DNA of 62,881 nucleotides, filler included. It is 6 parts of 6 records of this genome, joined end to end, with 100 filler letters (N's around TTAATTAATTAA, not from the genome) between each part and the next. Parts side by side here need not be neighbours in the genome. Positions count along the whole stretch, not along the records: positions 50,528 to 62,881 come from DRR723986_9407; 5 more parts are not named here. One strand, given 5' to 3'. Positions 59,377 through 62,881 of this stretch are shown here, in pieces. The position numbers were made by a program, and so were the translations under genes. Position 1 is the stretch's first letter. Each line of letters begins with the position of its first letter. Under the pieces are notes generated by a model. It searched no databases, had not been told where the DNA came from, and saw only the letters and a list, made by a program, of their open reading frames with translations.

Positions 59377-60366
59377 TTATTCCGCAGCCTCCACCATGGT
59401 ACGTCGACCCTTCGGAACCGCATCATTCCGTTGTCCGTTGCCATTCAGTTCGATTTCAACCAATGGCCGGTTCAGGTTCTTCGACTGCAGGAATATCCGT
59501 CCGACATATTCACCCAGAATGCCGAGAAACATCGCGTTGACCGTCATCGAAAGCAGGATCAGCGTCGTGGTCGTCGCAAAACCGGCAGGCCACTCCTGGC
59601 CGAAGACCAGTTTGCCGATGAGGTAGCCCGAAAGCAGCAGGAAGGCGCAGAGGCCGCCCAGAAGGCTGATCAGGGACGCCAGCCGCAACGGCACAAGCGA
59701 ATGGTTGATCAGGCCATCGACCGCGAGGGAAATCATTGCACGGAGCGGGAACTTGGAATCTCCAGCCACGCGAGCGTTTCGGTCGTACTCAAAACCGGTC
59801 TGGTTGAAACCCATGCCACTGATGAGACCGCGGACATAGGGCGAGCGGTCTTCCACGCGGCGCAGCTCATCGAGAATGCGCCGGTCGGTCAGCCGGAATT
59901 CGCCTGCGTTCCGGGGAAGGTCGTCCTCACTGATCGCGTCGATCAGTGCATAGAAGGTTCTGCGCAGCCACGCGACGACCGGACCGTCCGGCAGGCTCCG
60001 CCGGATTCCGTAGACGACGTGGTAGCCCTTGCGCCAGGTATCGAGCATCTGCGGGATCAGTTCGGGCGGATCCTGGAGGTCGCAATCAAGCTGTATGGCG
60101 CAGGCGCCCTCGGCAGCCCTGTAGGCGGTCAGCACCGAAGCCTGGTATCCGACGTTCCGAGAGAACCTTATCACGCGAACCCGTGGGTCCTCGGCAGCGA
60201 TTTCCGTGAGAATGGAAAAGGTCTCATCACTGGAATGATTGTCAGTGAATATGAGTTCCGGCTCATAGTCGGGAAGCTGCTCGAACACGTCCATGACACG
60301 TTTGTAGGTGTTACGAACGTTGTCCTCTTCATTCAGTGCCGGGATCAGGATCGAGACGAGAGTCAT
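59377..60366 (-). CDS. Glycosyltransferase family 2, GtrB/DPM-synthase-like (lipid-carrier glycosylation)
   Basis: IPALNEEDN, FTDNHSSD, FSRNVG, LDCDLQDPPELI, two C-terminal TM helices and LGEYVGRIF. Confidence 0.92.
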   Translation of the reverse strand: MTLVSILIPALNEEDNVRNTYKRVMDVFEQLPDYEPELIFTDNHSSDETFSILTEIAAEDPRVRVIRFSRNVGYQASVLTAYRAAEGACAIQLDCDLQDPPELIPQMLDTWRKGYHVVYGIRRSLPDGPVVAWLRRTFYALIDAISEDDLPRNAGEFRLTDRRILDELRRVEDRSPYVRGLISGMGFNQTGFEYDRNARVAGDSKFPLRAMISLAVDGLINHSLVPLRLASLISLLGGLCAFLLLSGYLIGKLVFGQEWPAGFATTTTLILLSMTVNAMFLGILGEYVGRIFLQSKNLNRPLVEIELNGNGQRNDAVPKGRRTMVEAAE

Positions 60367-61325
60367 GCCTGCATCTCCGTTGCAAGGTTTGGAATGATGT
60401 TCTCTCGTGCCCATTTCACGGTCCTTTCGAGGCCATCTTGAAGCTTGATTTCCGCTGACCAGCCAAGGCGATCGCGGATGCGTTCGGCAGAGACGATCAA
60501 TTCGACGGGATCGCGGACTTGATCGCTGAATTTCACGAGATCGACGTCGGCGTCGGTCAATTTGATCAAGGTCCTCATGACCTCGGCGACCGTCGGGGAA
60601 TCCCCCGTCCCCACATTGACCACCGGTCCGGCTCCTTCGGGATTGTCGCCCAGCATCAAGAGCGCCGTAGTCACGTCATCGACATGGATCAGGTCACGGC
60701 GATCCAGCGGGCTGCGGACACTCACCTTCTGGCCGGCCAGCAACTGAGTGATGGCGCGCGGGATCAGGAAACTTTCCGACTGCCCGGGCCCATAGGTCAG
60801 GGCCAACCGTGCGGTAACGGCAAAAAACGGAAGTCGCGGTTGCGCCATCTCCAGATAATGCGTCCCGGCCAGGAGTGAGGCGGCATAGGATCCGCCCGGT
60901 CTTTCTCGCTCGGTTTCTGTAAAGGGTGTCGGACAATCCCCGTATTCGGCGATCGTCCCCGTCCTGACAAAAGTCCGGGGCGGGCAATCGCAAGCGGCAA
61001 GGGCCGACAGGAGCGGGATCAGCGGCGAGACGTTCTCCTCGACACTGTCGGCGAGATCCTGCAAGTCCGGCCGGTTTTCGAAACGGGTACGCGCACCCAC
61101 ATGGAAAACGATCTCCGGCCTGGCTTTTGCCAGACAGCTGCGAAGAGCCCGAGCGTCGGTGACGTCGAGCCTGTAGAGGTCAACGCGCGACGCAATATCG
61201 GCAATCCGGCCCGTGGACGAACGAGGCCGCAAGATCACACTGACCTCGTCACCTCGCTTCAGGCAGGCCCGGGTCAGGTTTGATCCTATAAAACCGGATG
61301 CTCCGGTTATGAGAACGCGCGCCAT
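60363..61325 (-). CDS. NAD-dependent epimerase/dehydratase/reductase (extended SDR)
   Basis: ITGASGFIGS, YGPGQ, RDLIHVDD and NVGTG; the catalytic motif reads YAASL. Confidence 0.88.
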   Translation of the reverse strand: MARVLITGASGFIGSNLTRACLKRGDEVSVILRPRSSTGRIADIASRVDLYRLDVTDARALRSCLAKARPEIVFHVGARTRFENRPDLQDLADSVEENVSPLIPLLSALAACDCPPRTFVRTGTIAEYGDCPTPFTETERERPGGSYAASLLAGTHYLEMAQPRLPFFAVTARLALTYGPGQSESFLIPRAITQLLAGQKVSVRSPLDRRDLIHVDDVTTALLMLGDNPEGAGPVVNVGTGDSPTVAEVMRTLIKLTDADVDLVKFSDQVRDPVELIVSAERIRDRLGWSAEIKLQDGLERTVKWARENIIPNLATEMQA

Positions 61326-61334
61326 AGTTCTGCC

Positions 61335-62579
61335 TCAGGGAACGATTTTCGGCACCGGAAGGGGAACGATGAACTTGCCGCCCTTCGCTTCGAATTCGGC
61401 CATCTGCTCGCGGATTTCATCCAGGAAATTCCATGCAAGAACCAGCAGGTAATCGGGTTGCCTCTCGGCGACGGCTTCCGGCGAGAGAACCGGAATATGC
61501 ATGCCCGGAGAGAAGAGACCCTGTTTCAGCGTGTTCCTGTCGACCAGGAAATCGAGCGTCTCCGTACCGATCCCGAAAAAGTTGAGCAACGTATTGCCCT
61601 TGGCGGGAGCGCCGTAGCCGGCAATTGATTTGCCCTCTGCCTTCAATTCCGCCAGCAGCCCGGTCAGATCGTTGCGGATCTGGTGAACCCGCTCGGCGAA
61701 ATCCTGATAGGTCGCGGCCTCCGTCATGCCGGCCTGGCGTTCATCTTCAAGCATCTCGTTGACGATTGCCGCGCGTTCCACCTTCAAGGCGGCCGGTTGC
61801 ATGAATACGCGCATCGAGCCTCCGTGCACCGGAAGCTTGGTGACATCGACCACATCAAGGCCGACGCTTTCGCCCAAACGAACAATCGAAAGCAGGCTCA
61901 GTTCCGACAGATGCTCATGGTAGACATTGTCGAATTCATTGGTCTCGAGGATCTCCTTGCCCCACGGCACCTCGATGATGAAGACACCGTCGTCGTCAAG
62001 AAGCGTCAGCACGCCCTCGGTGAAGCCGTGCAAGTCATCGATATGGTTGAAGGTGTTCGAAGTCGTGATCACGGCGGCGGGACCTTCGGACGCCCTCAAT
62101 TCCGCTGCCGTCTCGGGGTTGAAGAATGCCGTGTGCACCCTCACGCCGCGCTCCTGTGCAATTGTCGCAAGGTTCGCAGCCGGATCCACACCAAGCGTCT
62201 TACCGCCCAGCCGGTTGGCGTGGGACAGCATGAGCCCGTCGTTGCAGCCGATATCGACGATCAGCCCTCCGTTCGCCTTGCTAACGGCAACCTCCGCAAG
62301 CTCCGCGAAATGGGAATGCATGGTCGCGGCGCCGGAAGGCACATAAAGGTAGTTGGTGAAGAAATCGGCCGGCACCTGATCCGCAACCTGGATCAATCCG
62401 CAATCGAGGCAGGCTTGCGTGTTGAGCGGAAAGGCAACCTGGGGCTGGTCGCGATCGGCCGCGCTGGCAAACAAGTTGGCCGGCGGATGGGCTCCCATGG
62501 GAAGGAACAGCAAAAGATCCTCGGAACCGCAGGTTCTGCAGGTACGGCGAATGGACTTGTCTAGCTCGAATTTATTCAT
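61335..62579 (-). CDS. NDP-sugar C-methyltransferase (zinc-binding, class I SAM-dependent; TcaB9/NovU-like)
   Basis: CRTCGS...PPANLF...CLDCGLIQ, DIGCNDG, YHEHLS, HGGSMR, GYGAPAKGNTLLN and VLAWNF. Confidence 0.9.
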   Translation of the reverse strand: MNKFELDKSIRRTCRTCGSEDLLLFLPMGAHPPANLFASAADRDQPQVAFPLNTQACLDCGLIQVADQVPADFFTNYLYVPSGAATMHSHFAELAEVAVSKANGGLIVDIGCNDGLMLSHANRLGGKTLGVDPAANLATIAQERGVRVHTAFFNPETAAELRASEGPAAVITTSNTFNHIDDLHGFTEGVLTLLDDDGVFIIEVPWGKEILETNEFDNVYHEHLSELSLLSIVRLGESVGLDVVDVTKLPVHGGSMRVFMQPAALKVERAAIVNEMLEDERQAGMTEAATYQDFAERVHQIRNDLTGLLAELKAEGKSIAGYGAPAKGNTLLNFFGIGTETLDFLVDRNTLKQGLFSPGMHIPVLSPEAVAERQPDYLLVLAWNFLDEIREQMAEFEAKGGKFIVPLPVPKIVP

Positions 62580-62743
62580 TTTTCTCAATCGCTCTTAAAA
62601 TGACTTGCATTGTCAGGTTCAGGTTCATTGCGAATTCCACCAGGCAGAATTCGCGGCAATTCAAGCTTTCGGTGCCGCCCCTTCCCGAAAGTCCCTGCCC
62701 ATCGCCCGACGGGCATCTCCTTAAGGGTGCGGTAGACTTGGCG

Positions 62744-62881
62744 TCATCCAACCCTCTCGTTGCCTGCCGCCATGGCACCGAAACCGGCGGAAAACCGGTT
62801 CAGGAAATCAGATACGCGCGCGTGCATGTACTCGACGTGATCGTCGTTGAGGCCGTGATGGCAGGCCAGAAGGATGCCGCC
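62744..62881 (-). CDS. C-terminus of a DegT/DnrJ/RfbH-family PLP enzyme (truncated by window edge)
   Basis: Manual translation GGILLACHHGLNDDHVEYMHARVSDFL...* with the stop at 62744-62746. Confidence 0.65.
   Translation of the reverse strand, partial: GGILLACHHGLNDDHVEYMHARVSDFLNRFSAGFGAMAAGNERVG

Noticed and set aside
59206-62564. Plus-strand ORFs of 411 aa and 293 aa in the EPS cluster
   Set aside because: Antisense to clearly identified GT2 and methyltransferase genes.
1-62881. tRNA, rRNA, CRISPR arrays, integrases or transposases
   Set aside because: None recognised by eye; intergenic spaces are short and lack the signatures. A covariance-model search (Infernal/tRNAscan) would be needed to exclude small ncRNAs.

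Overview
The window is not one locus. It is six unrelated contigs joined by five identical 100-nt artificial linkers (N44-TTAATTAATTAA-N44). (1) 1-5973: Gammaproteobacterial (Marinobacter/Pseudomonas-like) gyrA-serC-pheA-hisC-tyrA/aroA housekeeping operon. (2) 6074-19024: Betaproteobacterial (Burkholderiales-like) valS, CHASE3 chemoreceptor, holC, pepA, lptFG, a CbiX-type chelatase, cobA and a cysI/DUF934/cysH/cysD/cysN sulfate-assimilation operon. (3) 19125-28473: Bacteroidota/Rhodothermota-like contig with a small lipoprotein, a FecA-like TonB receptor and a DUF4856 lipoprotein under a TTTG-N21-TAnnTTTG promoter with a palindromic operator, plus several orphan genes. (4) 28574-37222: copper-resistance island with CopA, cytochrome c, CusCBA, two small Met-rich secreted proteins, deletion scars and a thrice-repeated CTGAA-N6-CTGAA motif. 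(5) 37323-50427: the most interesting part, a divergent envelope-stress/membrane-remodelling locus. It combines a PspA/IM30 (ESCRT-III superfamily) protein, a YjfI-like protein, a putative tandem ribbon-helix-helix protein and a zinc-ribbon protein on one side with a YqiJ/NfeD-like protein, a long flotillin and a 1749-aa coiled-coil AAA+ ATPase on the other, followed by a second convergent SPFH gene. (6) 50528-62881: Alphaproteobacterial Wzx/Wzy exopolysaccharide cluster with two Wzc paralogues (one apparently kinase-dead), a polysaccharide lyase and a C-methylated sugar pathway. No rRNA, tRNA, CRISPR array or intact transposase was seen. All family and taxon calls come from motif recognition, not database searches.
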